64,000 bases of DNA. Source: an uncultured Gemmatimonadales bacterium (lineage in GTDB: Bacteria > Gemmatimonadota > Gemmatimonadetes > Gemmatimonadales > GWC2-71-9). How positions within the stretch are numbered: the stretch's first letter is position 1; the number at the start of each line of letters is the position of its first letter. The notes beneath the pieces were generated by a model that saw only the letters and a program-made list of their open reading frames with translations, was not told the origin of the DNA and made no database searches. Below, piece by piece: positions 51,997 through 61,187 of this stretch. A program made the translations under genes and the position numbers. The DNA is taken from positions 101,777 through 165,776 of the forward strand of contig CAVSQW010000005.1 in NCBI GenBank assembly GCA_963730185.1. Direction: 5' to 3'.

Positions 51997-53133
51997 TCAT
52001 CCACCGGCTCCGGCGGCCGCCGGGCCGGGGCCGGTGTCGTCGAAAAGGTCCACGTACGGCGCATACTGGAAGCGCCGGTTCCGCGCATTCCCGGTGATCT
52101 CGCTGAGCACGCCCAGCTCGACCAGCCGCGCGACCAGGCCGTTGGCGGCGGGGTACGTGGTTCCGGTCATCGTCTTCACGTCGTTCACGGTCACGATCGG
52201 GTGGTCGAGCAGCGACTCCAGCACCTTGTGCCCGTTCCCGGCCGCGCGCCCGAGCCGGGCCGTGATGGCGGCTCGGTTGTCTTCGCGAAGCTGGAGAATG
52301 CGACGCGCGGTTTCCGCCGCTTCGGCCGCGACCTCGGTCACGCCCAAGAGGAAGAAGGCCAGCCAGCCCTCCCAGTCCCCGTGGTCGCGGACCGCCTGCA
52401 GATGGTCGTAGTAGGCCTGCCGATGTCGCTTGAAGAAGTACGAGAGGTAGAGCACCGGTTTGTGAAGAATCCCCCGCTCCATGAGCAGGAACGTGATCAG
52501 CAGGCGTCCCACGCGCCCGTTCCCGTCGAGGAAGGGGTGGATCGTCTCGAACTGCACGTGCGCCAGCGCAATCTTCACCAGAGGCGGCAGCTCGTCCTGG
52601 GCATGCAGGAAATTCTCCAGCGCGCCGAGCGCTTCGGGGACGATCCAGTTCTGGCTGGTCCGAAGCTCCCCCGGCTGAAGGCGGCCCCCGCGAACGCCGC
52701 GGAGCAGCTCGGCGTGGATGTCGCGAATCAACCTCACCGAGACCGGCAGTGCCGGCAAACGGGCCAGCCCATGATTCATCGCCCGGACGTAGTTGATGAC
52801 CTCGTCGACGTCACGCGGGAGCGAGGGGTCGAGGAGCTGTGCCTCGGCCGCCAGCAGGTCCTGGAGGGAGCTCTGCGTGCCCTCGATCTGGCTTGAAAGC
52901 ACGGCCTCCTTTCGGACGTACATGAACACGAAGAGATCGGGATTGGGGAGGGTAAGCACCGAGCCGTCGAGCCTGCCGAGTGCGAGATCGGCGGCCGACA
53001 GACGGCTCTGGAGCTCTCCGCTGAACACCAAGGCGGGGGTGGGGGGCAGAGGGGCTGGCAGGAAAGCCCGATAGCGGGCCGGTTGGCTTATATAGCGGCC
53101 GGCTCGATTTTGAGCCTCGGGGGTCGGTGCCAT
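51997..53133 (-). CDS. Fic family protein with N-terminal inhibitory helix and C-terminal HTH
   Basis: HPFLDGNGRVGR; SSQIEG inhibitory motif; apparent in-frame deletion after SQNWI. Confidence 0.93.
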   Translation of the reverse strand: MAPTPEAQNRAGRYISQPARYRAFLPAPLPPTPALVFSGELQSRLSAADLALGRLDGSVLTLPNPDLFVFMYVRKEAVLSSQIEGTQSSLQDLLAAEAQLLDPSLPRDVDEVINYVRAMNHGLARLPALPVSVRLIRDIHAELLRGVRGGRLQPGELRTSQNWIVPEALGALENFLHAQDELPPLVKIALAHVQFETIHPFLDGNGRVGRLLITFLLMERGILHKPVLYLSYFFKRHRQAYYDHLQAVRDHGDWEGWLAFFLLGVTEVAAEAAETARRILQLREDNRAAITARLGRAAGNGHKVLESLLDHPIVTVNDVKTMTGTTYPAANGLVARLVELGVLSEITGNARNRRFQYAPYVDLFDDTGPGPAAAGAGG

Positions 53134-53186
53134 GATTTATACTGCCTTTCACAAGGGACCGTGAATCCTCCATATGACAGGCAGAC

Positions 53187-53220
53187 TTTAACAAGAAAGG
53201 GAGTGGGCGGCCTTGTTTAA
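53187..53220. promoter_or_regulatory. putative operator upstream of Fic gene
   Basis: TTTAACAAG-N16-CTTGTTTAA (8 of 9 bp inverted repeat). Confidence 0.45.
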
Positions 53221-53284
53221 GGCGACGCGATGGGACTCCCGAGTGGCGGGCAAAGCAGTTGGGTGATGGGCGATCGAGGCGCCG

Positions 53285-53710
53285 TCAGGCTTCGACGACC
53301 GGAAAGCCCTCCCGGCGCGCCGCGCCGGCGAGCTGGCGATCGCAGGTGACGAAGGGCAGCTCGCCGGGGCTCTGGTTGGCGACGACGAGGGCCGCCGCAA
53401 GCTGGAGCGCATCGGCGGCGCGAAGCGAATGGACCCGAAGCATCCGGATGGCCTGCTCGCGGACCCGCTCGACCGGCGGGACCTCCGTCCAGCCGAGTCG
53501 CGCGGCTTGGAGCCGGTCGAGGGCGACGTCGATGGCCCGTTCGTCGAGCCGGCCCTCGCGCGCCAGGCGGGTCAGGGCGGACACGCACTCGATCGGGGCC
53601 GCCCACCAAATCGCCACCGCCGGGTCGGCCCGAAGCTCCTCCTCCAACCGGTCGGTGCGAGGCCCGGGGACCAGCAACGGCACGATGGCCGAGGTGTCCC
53701 AAAATCTCAT
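53285..53710 (-). CDS. vapC: PIN-domain toxin
   Basis: FWDTSAIV, LRAADALQLAAA and FVTCD.QL..AA..EGF motifs. Confidence 0.92.
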   Translation of the reverse strand: MRFWDTSAIVPLLVPGPRTDRLEEELRADPAVAIWWAAPIECVSALTRLAREGRLDERAIDVALDRLQAARLGWTEVPPVERVREQAIRMLRVHSLRAADALQLAAALVVANQSPGELPFVTCDRQLAGAARREGFPVVEA

Positions 53711-54000
53711 CGGCCTTCCCGGCGCTCGGCGATCACGGCCTCGGCGGCGTCGATCCCTGGGGCGACCTCGGGTCGCGGCAGGTCGAGCCATTTGGCGTTG
53801 GGCGCCCGTTCCGGCAAGGTGGCCAACCCCTGCTGCGCCAACGCGATGACGGCCGCCGGCACGCCCTTGCCCAGCCGGACCGGCACCAGTCTGGCGACGG
53901 GCACGCCGCGGTCGGTGATCACGATCTCGCCGCCTCCGGCGACCTCTTTGATGAGGGCGCTCAGGCGGTTCTTGGCGTCGGAAATGGACTCGGAGCGCAT
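53707..54000 (-). CDS. Phd/YefM family antitoxin
   Basis: ISDAKNRLSALI..V..GEIVITDRGVPVARLVP; ATGA overlap with toxin. Confidence 0.92.
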   Translation of the reverse strand: MRSESISDAKNRLSALIKEVAGGGEIVITDRGVPVARLVPVRLGKGVPAAVIALAQQGLATLPERAPNAKWLDLPRPEVAPGIDAAEAVIAERREGR

Positions 54001-54001
54001 C

Positions 54002-54016
54002 TGGCTATAATAGCCA
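54002..54016. promoter_or_regulatory. TA operator palindrome
   Basis: TGGCTAT-A-ATAGCCA immediately upstream of the antitoxin ATG; degenerate second site 54025-54039. Confidence 0.75.
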
Positions 54017-54076
54017 TGACACCGTGGCCAGACAAGCTAGACTCCGCCTGGTGGGCACGGTCCGGGTGGCGGCGGC

Positions 54077-54987
54077 TCAGGCTGCCCGAAACCGCTCGAA
54101 CCGCTCGGCGAGGAAGTCCCGGTTGGGGCGTTTGGCCTTGTCCCGCGGCGTCTCGATGGCGGAACCGTGGATCTCCTGCAGACCGTGCAGCAGCATGGGT
54201 CCGTCATGCTCGTCGAGGACGTCCTGGCGGAGATGGATCCGGTAGTCGGGGTCGACGCCGAGAATCCCGGTGTCGAAGGCGCCGTGGTGGATCTTGCAGA
54301 GCGAGAGTCCGTTGGTCACCGTCGCCCGTCCCCGGGGGTCGCTGTCGGGCAGGATGTGAGCGGCATCGAGCAGCACCGTGTGCCGGAGGCGACACATGGC
54401 GCACTGATGGCGGTAGGCCCCCAGTACGATGAAGCGGAATTGCTGCTGGTGGAGCCGAGCCTTGGCCGCTACGGTTCGGTAGGCTCGGCGGGCCTCGTAC
54501 TGGGCCGGGTCGCCTCGGGTTACGAGTTGGGGGTCGCCAAGACGTCGGCCATCAGATGGAAGGAGAGGCTGGCCGGGTCGTCCGCCGTCACGTAGCAGGG
54601 AAAGATCGGATCGTACACGCCGGGCTGGATGGCGGCGAGGTAGAGCAGCGGCCGCCGGAGCTCCATGGCCCGGCGCACGGCGACGTTGTCGGCATGGTTG
54701 GGGTCGGTGCCCCGATAGCGATAGATGAAGTGACTCGCGTCGGGGTCGGCCTGGTCGTCGTAGGGTCCGTCGTACGCGGTGAACAGGGTGAGCGCGGCGC
54801 CGGGCGACCGGAGGAACGCGGGCCGGAAGATGCCCTTCATTTGACTCCAGATCGGGATCCGTTGGCCCTCGAAGATCACCCCTTCATTCAGCGCGGACGG
54901 CGTGACGACCCCGCCGAGCGTGTCACGGAGGTGGGCGACGTGATCGAAGACCGCAAGTCGGAACGCGAGGTCGGCATCGAGGCTCAT
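54077..54987 (-). CDS. HNH endonuclease with N-terminal putative DNA-reader domain, one frameshift at 54529-54533
   Basis: joined frame gives RLHQQQFR..VLGAY..QCAMC, LDAAHI and NGLSLCKIHHGAFD; N-domain GPYDD..YRYRGTDPNHADN. Confidence 0.88.
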
Positions 54988-55004
54988 CCCCGAGGCGCTT
55001 CCTG

Positions 55005-55403
55005 GTGACGGGTCTCCACAAGGTACTCGCGGCGGTCATCGAGCGGGACGGGAAGGTCCTGATCGGCCGGAGGCCGACTCACAAAGATTTGGGTGGTCTG
55101 TGGGAGTTCCCGGGCGGGAAGCTCGAGCCGGGCGAGACGCTGAAGGACGCCGCGATCCGGGAGCTTGCCGAGGAGTTGGGGGTCGAGGTCACCGGGGTTG
55201 GGCGGACGTTGGCCGAGATCGCCGAAGCGACCGGCCGGTTCCTGATCTGCTTCGTCGAGGTTCGGATTGCCGACGACGTCGAGCCGGCCGCGCTCGAGCA
55301 TCAGGAGCTGGCCTGGGTGTCACGTGACCAGCTCGAGGGAGTCGACCTGGCGCCGACCGACGCGGCGTTCGCGGCTACTCTCACGGGAGCGACCGGTCCC
55401 TGA
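55005..55403 (+). CDS. NUDIX (MutT/NudG-like) hydrolase
   Basis: WEFPGGKLEPGET..AAIRELAEELGV Nudix box. Confidence 0.93.
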   Translation: MTGLHKVLAAVIERDGKVLIGRRPTHKDLGGLWEFPGGKLEPGETLKDAAIRELAEELGVEVTGVGRTLAEIAEATGRFLICFVEVRIADDVEPAALEHQELAWVSRDQLEGVDLAPTDAAFAATLTGATGP

Positions 55404-55424
55404 CCGGCGGCTACCCCGACAAGA

Positions 55425-55682
55425 TCAGCCGCCCTCGGCTCCGTCAGGGCCCAGCTCCGCTACCGCGGCTCGCCATGCGGCAGGATCGCCCAGCTGGATG
55501 GCTTGGTCGATCCCGACTTGTTCCAGAAGAACGCCGAGCATGCAGAGGCGCTCTTCCTCGCTCCAGAGCAGCGCTCCGTCGATGACCTCGAACTTCTCCG
55601 GCAGCCACGGGAGCCGAGCCGTCAGTTCGTCGCCCTCCCAGACGCGGCCGGCCCGCTGGATGTTCCACCTCACCCGGTGCAT
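55425..55682 (-). CDS. small hypothetical protein
   Basis: 85 aa, PEKFEVIDGALLW; starts 5 bp after the DUF1640-like gene stop. Confidence 0.55.
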   Translation of the reverse strand: MHRVRWNIQRAGRVWEGDELTARLPWLPEKFEVIDGALLWSEEERLCMLGVLLEQVGIDQAIQLGDPAAWRAAVAELGPDGAEGG

Positions 55683-55687
55683 GCAGG

Positions 55688-55978
55688 TCACACCTGACGG
55701 GCCAGGAAGATCGTGACCACCGTCCCGATCCAGAATGCGAACGACCACTTGATCAGATCGGTCCGGGTCGCGGCCAGGTCGGCGGCGATCTTGGCCTCGA
55801 GCTGGGCGAACCGCTGCTCGAGCTTGGCGTCGAACCGCGCGAAGTTGAGCTCGTTGAGCTCCCGCAGGTCACCCCGATAGGTCAGGTCCACGGCGTTGAA
55901 CCAGTCCACGAGCTCACTGGCGATGTCGTCCCCGAAGGCCTCGGAGAACTTTCGGGACAGCTTGGCGGTGACGGGCAC
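55688..55978 (-). CDS. DUF1640/CCDC90-like protein, short copy
   Basis: near-identical head and anchor to 40029-40451 but 44 aa shorter. Confidence 0.75.
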   Translation of the reverse strand: MPVTAKLSRKFSEAFGDDIASELVDWFNAVDLTYRGDLRELNELNFARFDAKLEQRFAQLEAKIAADLAATRTDLIKWSFAFWIGTVVTIFLARQV

Positions 55979-56097
55979 GACCGGGCTCGCGGGTTGGGGT
56001 CGGGCCTACGATAAGCTACGCTCGGCGGGAGGGGGTAGGCAAAAACACGCGGTGGGGTGAGGGGCGAAGCGGGGCGTGCTGCACCGCGGCCTCCGCT

Positions 56098-56212
56098 GGA
56101 GGCGCCGGGTGCTGTCCGCGGAGGGCGCGTCGGGCGGCCCCCCGGCGGTTCCACCGTCTTCCCCGGTGAGGGCGCCCGCAGCGATCGGAGCGGACAGCAC
56201 CCGGCGCCTCCC
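56098..56212 (+). repeat. palindromic element E3
   Basis: 22-bp perfect terminal IR, same family as E1/E2. Confidence 0.9.
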
Positions 56213-56324
56213 CAATCGCCGGATCTCAGCCGGCCCGCGCCATCTCCCGGAACCATCACCGCGGCGATCACTGAAATCGCGGCTGCGGTGGGACCAGGTT
56301 TGACGGACCGTACCGTACCATGAG

Positions 56325-56379
56325 GGTAATATTGTATTACCAATAGAGCAATATTATATTGCCAGTCGAAGAATATTGC
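56325..56379. promoter_or_regulatory. tandem operator array and promoter
   Basis: GGTAATA-N3-TATTACC (56325-56341) and GCAATA-N3-TATTGC (56348-56362), half site near 56372-56379; TTGTAT-N17-TATATT overlaps. Confidence 0.7.
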
Positions 56380-56411
56380 ATTTCACCCACCACCACAGAC
56401 GGCAGGCGCCC

Positions 56412-56782
56412 GTGGATGGTTCTGATGACATCGTGCGAGCCCTGACCTTGGTCGGCGAGCTCCTCGAGGCAGACGGACACCACTACCGCATCGTCATCAT
56501 CGGCGGCTCGGCGGTGAACCTGCTTGGCGTCGTGTCCCGGACGACAACGGATGTCGACATCCTGGCCTTCGCGACCCGGGGGCCGAGCGGCCGGGTCCGC
56601 CTGCGCCCGACGCCGGGCCCCGAAGCGTTCATTTCCAGGACCTGCTGGCACTGAAGCCGACGGACGTCGAGCTCGAGGGGGCCGCCAAGTGGATCCGAGC
56701 CCAGGACCCCTCTCCCGACTTCGCTGAGGTCGTTCACAAGGTGGTGCACCGTGTCCAAGTCGAACGCGACGGCCCTCGCTAG
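56412..56782 (+). pseudogene. DUF6036-like nucleotidyltransferase with internal deletion
   Basis: N-part IVIIGGSA..RTTTDVDI joined out of frame near 56620 to C-part HFQDLLALKPT..EL..AAKWIR.QDPSPDF. Confidence 0.75.
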
Positions 56783-57707
56783 CGAGGTTCGCGAAGCGCA
56801 GCTTCGTTACCTCTGGCGGCAATGGAAGGTCATGGGTGCCACGGTATCGACCGGGGCCATGGCCCGGGCCATTGTCGATCCCGAAGTTCTGATCCTGATG
56901 TCGCTCTGGATGGTGGAGGACGAGCAGCGCCTCGCCGACGTGGTCTGGTCGTGGACCACCCGCAACTCGCCACTCCTCAGCATCCAGCGGCTCCGGAACC
57001 TCGGCACGTCGTTCCCGGCAGAGGTCCGGGCACGGCTCTCGGCGTTGGCAGCGACCCGCGTCGCTGAGGGTGACCCCCGCTGGAAGTCCCTCCGGACGCG
57101 GAAGGCCGAGCCACTCGGCGAGCGAACGGGCAAGGCCCGTGCGGTGGAGCCGCCGCTGGCGTCGTGGGCTTCCCTCATGCTCCAGCTCCGTCTCGGTCTT
57201 GGCGTCGGTGTGAAAGCCGACGTGTTGACCTTCATGCTCGGGTCGAGCAACCTGACCCCGGAGTGGGCGAGCGTCGCGACGATCGCGGATGCCCTCGGTT
57301 ACACGGCCGCCGGAGTCCGCCGTGCGGCGGACGACCTCGCCAGGGCCCGTTTCATTCGATCGCTCGACACGACGCCCGGAGCCAAGACATCGCAACGGAT
57401 GTTCACGGGACACCCTGGCTCCTGGAACAACGTCCTCGGGATCGGCTACGAGATGCCGGGCTGGGGCTACTGGCGGGAGCGGTGTCGCTTCGTCATCGAC
57501 CTCCTCACCTGGCTCGAAGGCGAGGCCGACCGGGGGACGGATTACGTGAGAGACGTAGGGGCAGCGCGGCTACTGAAGGCACATGGTGCGACGCTCCGCC
57601 GCGATCAGGTGGTGGACGCAATCGAGTACTCCGACGCGGAGCTGGGGTTCGAGTACCTGGCCGCGGCCGCGCGTTCGCTGATGCGGTGGCTCGAGAACAA
57701 CGGCTAG
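56751..57707 (+). CDS. hypothetical HTH-containing protein, putative antitoxin/regulator of the DUF6036 module
   Basis: LWRQW..MG, VDPE.LIL and LSIQRL; SVATIADALGYTAAGVRRAADDL HTH. Confidence 0.7.
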   Translation: MSKSNATALASEVREAQLRYLWRQWKVMGATVSTGAMARAIVDPEVLILMSLWMVEDEQRLADVVWSWTTRNSPLLSIQRLRNLGTSFPAEVRARLSALAATRVAEGDPRWKSLRTRKAEPLGERTGKARAVEPPLASWASLMLQLRLGLGVGVKADVLTFMLGSSNLTPEWASVATIADALGYTAAGVRRAADDLARARFIRSLDTTPGAKTSQRMFTGHPGSWNNVLGIGYEMPGWGYWRERCRFVIDLLTWLEGEADRGTDYVRDVGAARLLKAHGATLRRDQVVDAIEYSDAELGFEYLAAAARSLMRWLENNG

Positions 57708-58265
57708 GTCGGGCTCCGCGCCATCTCCCGGAACCTGCACAGCCCATTCGCCAGCCGCATCTGCTTGGGCGACCGGCACTCCGGCTCGAACAACCTCGGG
57801 CTCGCCACCAGCACCGCCGCGCACCGCGCCCGCGACGTGGCCACGTTGAGCCGGTTCGGGCTGTACAGGAACTCCATCCCCCGCGGCGCGTCCTCCGGGC
57901 GGGAGGTCGCCATCGAGTAGATCACCACCGGCGCCTCCTGCCCCTGGAAACTAGTCCACCGTCCCCACCCGGACGCCCTTGGCCTCGAGCCGCTCGGCCA
58001 GCCGGGTGACCTGGGCGTTGTAGGGGGCGACGACCAGGATGTCGCCCGGGGTCAGGGGGTGCTCGGTGCCCTGGAAGCGTCGGTCCAGCGGGCGCCCTCC
58101 CGGGTCAGCTCGGCGACCAGCCGGTCCACCGCGTCGATCTCCTCCTCCGAGTAGTTCCGGTTGCCGTCGTGGGGCACGTCCACGGCCCAGAGGCCGGCGC
58201 CGTCGAACCGGCCGGTTCCGCTCAAGACCTGGCGCTCCAAGCCCTGGAAGGACCTAAGCTTCCGC
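57704..58265 (-). pseudogene. C-terminal remnant of TM0106/DNA2-like SF1 helicase-nuclease
   Basis: DILVVAPYNAQV, VGTVD*..QGQEAPVVIYSM and NRLNVATSRA; internal stop, frameshifts, N-terminal part absent. Confidence 0.85.
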
Positions 58266-58475
58266 CCGACGCGGGAGGCGGCCAAGGTGTTGGCCAGGGA
58301 CATCTGGCCGGCCTCGAGAGCCTCCTCGCTGCCGGGGAAGGTCTAGATGCGGTGGGGTCCAGCCAGTCACTGCCAGCGATCACCTGCCCCACCCACGCCG
58401 CCGTTGTCACACCCCATTCGTACCGTAAACCGCGCAGCAGCACGTGGAACGGACCATCGTCACCAGGGGTGTGTC

Positions 58476-59951
58476 ATGCAACAGCATTTCCTGAAGTGGG
58501 CCGTGGCCACCGGGCTCGCGGCCTCCATCGGATGTGGGGGCGGGGACTCCGGCACCGGCCCGGCTCCGCCTCCTCCCCCGCCCTCGGTCGGCTCCGTGGA
58601 GGTGAGCCCTCCTTCAGCTACCATCCTCGTCGGGGGCACGGCCAGCTTCAGCACGACCGTGCGGGACGCCTCCGGCAACCAGCTGAGCGGCAGGACCGTC
58701 ACCTGGACCTCTGCCGACCAGGCGGTGGCCACGGTCTCCAATACCGGCACCGTGACCGGCGTGGCGCCCGGGGGTCCGGTGTCGATCACCGCCACCAGCG
58801 AGGGCAAGTCCGGCACCGCGCAGGTCACCGTCCTGGCGCGGGTCGCCTCGGTGGCGGTGACCCCCGCGACGGCTTCGCTTCTCGTCGGGGCCACCACCAC
58901 CCTCACCGCCACGCCCCGCGACCCCGCCAACAACCCGCTCACCGGACGGACCGTCACGTGGAGCACCAGTAACGCGGACGTGGCGACCGTTTCTTCCGAC
59001 GGCGTCGTAACCGGCGTGGCATCCGGTGGACCGGTCACCATCACAGCCACCGTCGAGGGACAAACCGGTACGGCGCAGGTGACGGTGCTCGCCCCTGTGG
59101 CGTCCGTGCTCGTGACCGGGAACTTCCGGACCAAAGTAGGCGACTCCTACCAGTACACGGCGACGGCTAAGCTCGCCGATGGCACCGTCGTGAACCGCCC
59201 GATGACCTGGAGCGTGGCTGAGCCCGCCAAGGCCGTCATGACACCCGACGGCCGGATGACGGCGCTCCAGACCGGGACCATCACGATCCAAGTGGCAATC
59301 GACGGCGGGGTCTGGGAGGCCACCGCCAGCGGGTACGACTGGCTCGCCTTCGGCAGCGGCACGGTCTTCGGGATTTCCCTGCCGGCCGACCTGTCGATCA
59401 CGAACAAGTTTGGGACCAGCGAGTATCCCACCCTCGCCATGGGCTGCTCGAGCGGGCTCTTCGTGTTGTTCGTGGACACCGACAACTTCGTAACCGAGAG
59501 CGGGCTGGTGACCTACGGGTTCGACAGCGGGACGCTGGAGAGCGCAGTTTGGCTCGAGTTCGATCTGTTCAGCGCGTTGGGCCACCCCGGCCCCGACGCC
59601 GCGACCCGGGCCTTCGCGGCCAGGATGGCGCTTGCCCGGCAGTTCTGGTTCGCGTTCACCGAGTTCAATGGACCGGCCAAGGCCATGATGTTCCGGGTGA
59701 CCGGCCTCTCAGCGGAGCTGCCGTCGTTCGCGTCGTGTCCGTCGAGCTCGGCCGTCGCCGTGGCCGGCGACTCGTCGTCCACGGGTCGGACTGCGCGGAT
59801 GCAGGCGATGATCGGCCGGCCGACCCCGATGACGGCGGAGCGGGCCCTCAGGGCGGAGCTCCATGCCACCGCGGCACGGGCCCCGGAGCTCATGCGGGCA
59901 ATTCCGTCGACGACCCAGGCGGCCCGCCGCCGGTCGATGCCGCTCGAGTGA
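58476..59951 (+). CDS. lipoprotein with three Ig-like (Big_2) repeats and a C-terminal VasI/TagO-like domain
   Basis: SIGC lipobox, poly-Pro linker, two VTW.S....VATVS..G.VTGV repeats plus a third degenerate one. Confidence 0.8.
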   Translation: MQQHFLKWAVATGLAASIGCGGGDSGTGPAPPPPPPSVGSVEVSPPSATILVGGTASFSTTVRDASGNQLSGRTVTWTSADQAVATVSNTGTVTGVAPGGPVSITATSEGKSGTAQVTVLARVASVAVTPATASLLVGATTTLTATPRDPANNPLTGRTVTWSTSNADVATVSSDGVVTGVASGGPVTITATVEGQTGTAQVTVLAPVASVLVTGNFRTKVGDSYQYTATAKLADGTVVNRPMTWSVAEPAKAVMTPDGRMTALQTGTITIQVAIDGGVWEATASGYDWLAFGSGTVFGISLPADLSITNKFGTSEYPTLAMGCSSGLFVLFVDTDNFVTESGLVTYGFDSGTLESAVWLEFDLFSALGHPGPDAATRAFAARMALARQFWFAFTEFNGPAKAMMFRVTGLSAELPSFASCPSSSAVAVAGDSSSTGRTARMQAMIGRPTPMTAERALRAELHATAARAPELMRAIPSTTQAARRRSMPLE

Positions 59952-60021
59952 TCCGGATCCAGTGTCTCACCCTCCCCGTACCGTTCATAGGGGTGGAAGA
60001 GCGATAGGAGCTGGAGAGTCC

Positions 60022-61099
60022 ATGAAACGGGAGGCGAGTCGCACGAATCGGAACGACGAATCGGGTTCCTCCAGACGGGGTACGGATCGCGACTGGACGC
60101 GGTTCGAGCGGAGCCTCGCGCAGTGCCTCGGGCTGCTCCGCCCCACCGAGTACCTGGTCCTTGCCCAGCGGCAGGGACGTCACTACGTCCAGTTCGCGGT
60201 CCATGACGGTGGCGGCTTCCGCGCCGAGGCCCGTTCGAACGTCTACATCGACGAGCCGGAGCCGAAGCTCGGCCGCGACGTCCTACGCCGAGCTGCTGTC
60301 GCTCGGCTGGAACCCGCCGACCAGCCTGCCGCCGGAGCTCCGGCCGCCGGGCGTGCCAAGCGATGCCGGTTCACCCAACTTCTACGTCGACCAGCGGCGG
60401 GCAGCTCGGCCCTCGACGCTCGCCCGTCTCGCCGTGCGAACGCTTCGCAAGGTCTACCACACCAAACACCCGTCCGATCTCGAGTACCGCGCCTTCCATC
60501 GAAGTGGTGAGCGAATTCGGCTACCGCTGGCTTTCACGGACCCGGCTCCGGCGCCGGCCGCGCCGGACCTCACCGGCGTCCCCCTGATGCTGGAGGCCGC
60601 TCACGACGCGTTTCCCACGGCGCTGCTCCAGGTCGGCAAGGATGGGGTCGTGGTCGAGTCGGAGGCCGGGCCGCTGTCGATCGCGCCCCAGGCCGACGGG
60701 GTGCTCGGCATCTGGGCCCCCGTCCTGGGCGCCCCCGATCCGGCACCCGAGGTGTACGAGGCGCTCAATATCGCCAACATCTGGCTCGACGGCGCGAAGG
60801 TCGTGGCGGTCCGGGACGAGCTGTTCCTCGTGGTGGAGCTGCTTCCGGGGTGGATCAGCCGGGAAGCTCTCCGTCATGCACTTCTCTCGGCGGCGACGCA
60901 GATGGTCGTCGCTCGGGAGCGGGTTCTGGCCACTCTCGCGGACATGCAATTCGCCGGGGCAGAGGGACGGGCTCGGCACCGGTCTGGGGTGCAGCGTCCG
61001 CTACGGTCCACTAGAGCCTACCGGGCAGCGAGCCAAATCCTGGCGACGGCCCGATCAACGCTCACCGGCGTGGCGGCCGCTCTTTGGCGACCCGGCTGA
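60022..61099 (+). CDS. TY-Chap (YbjN/CesT-like) domain protein, frameshift near 60265-60275
   Basis: W..FE..LA, YVQF, AEARSN, LGWNPP, SPNF and LA...VRTLR.VY...HPSDLEY; C-terminal YEALN.AN chaperone-like domain. Confidence 0.65.
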
Positions 61100-61187
61100 G
61101 CTCAGCGAGGCCGACTAGCGGAATGGCCGATTCCGCGCCACATTGGCCAGGAGCGTCCCTAACCCCGCTCCTGTTAGGACCAAGGCC

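Noticed and set aside
47550..56212. Hairpin elements as CRISPR repeats or canonical integron attC sites
   Set aside because: Too long and kilobases apart for CRISPR; no RYYYAAC/GTTRRRY ends and no integrase in the window
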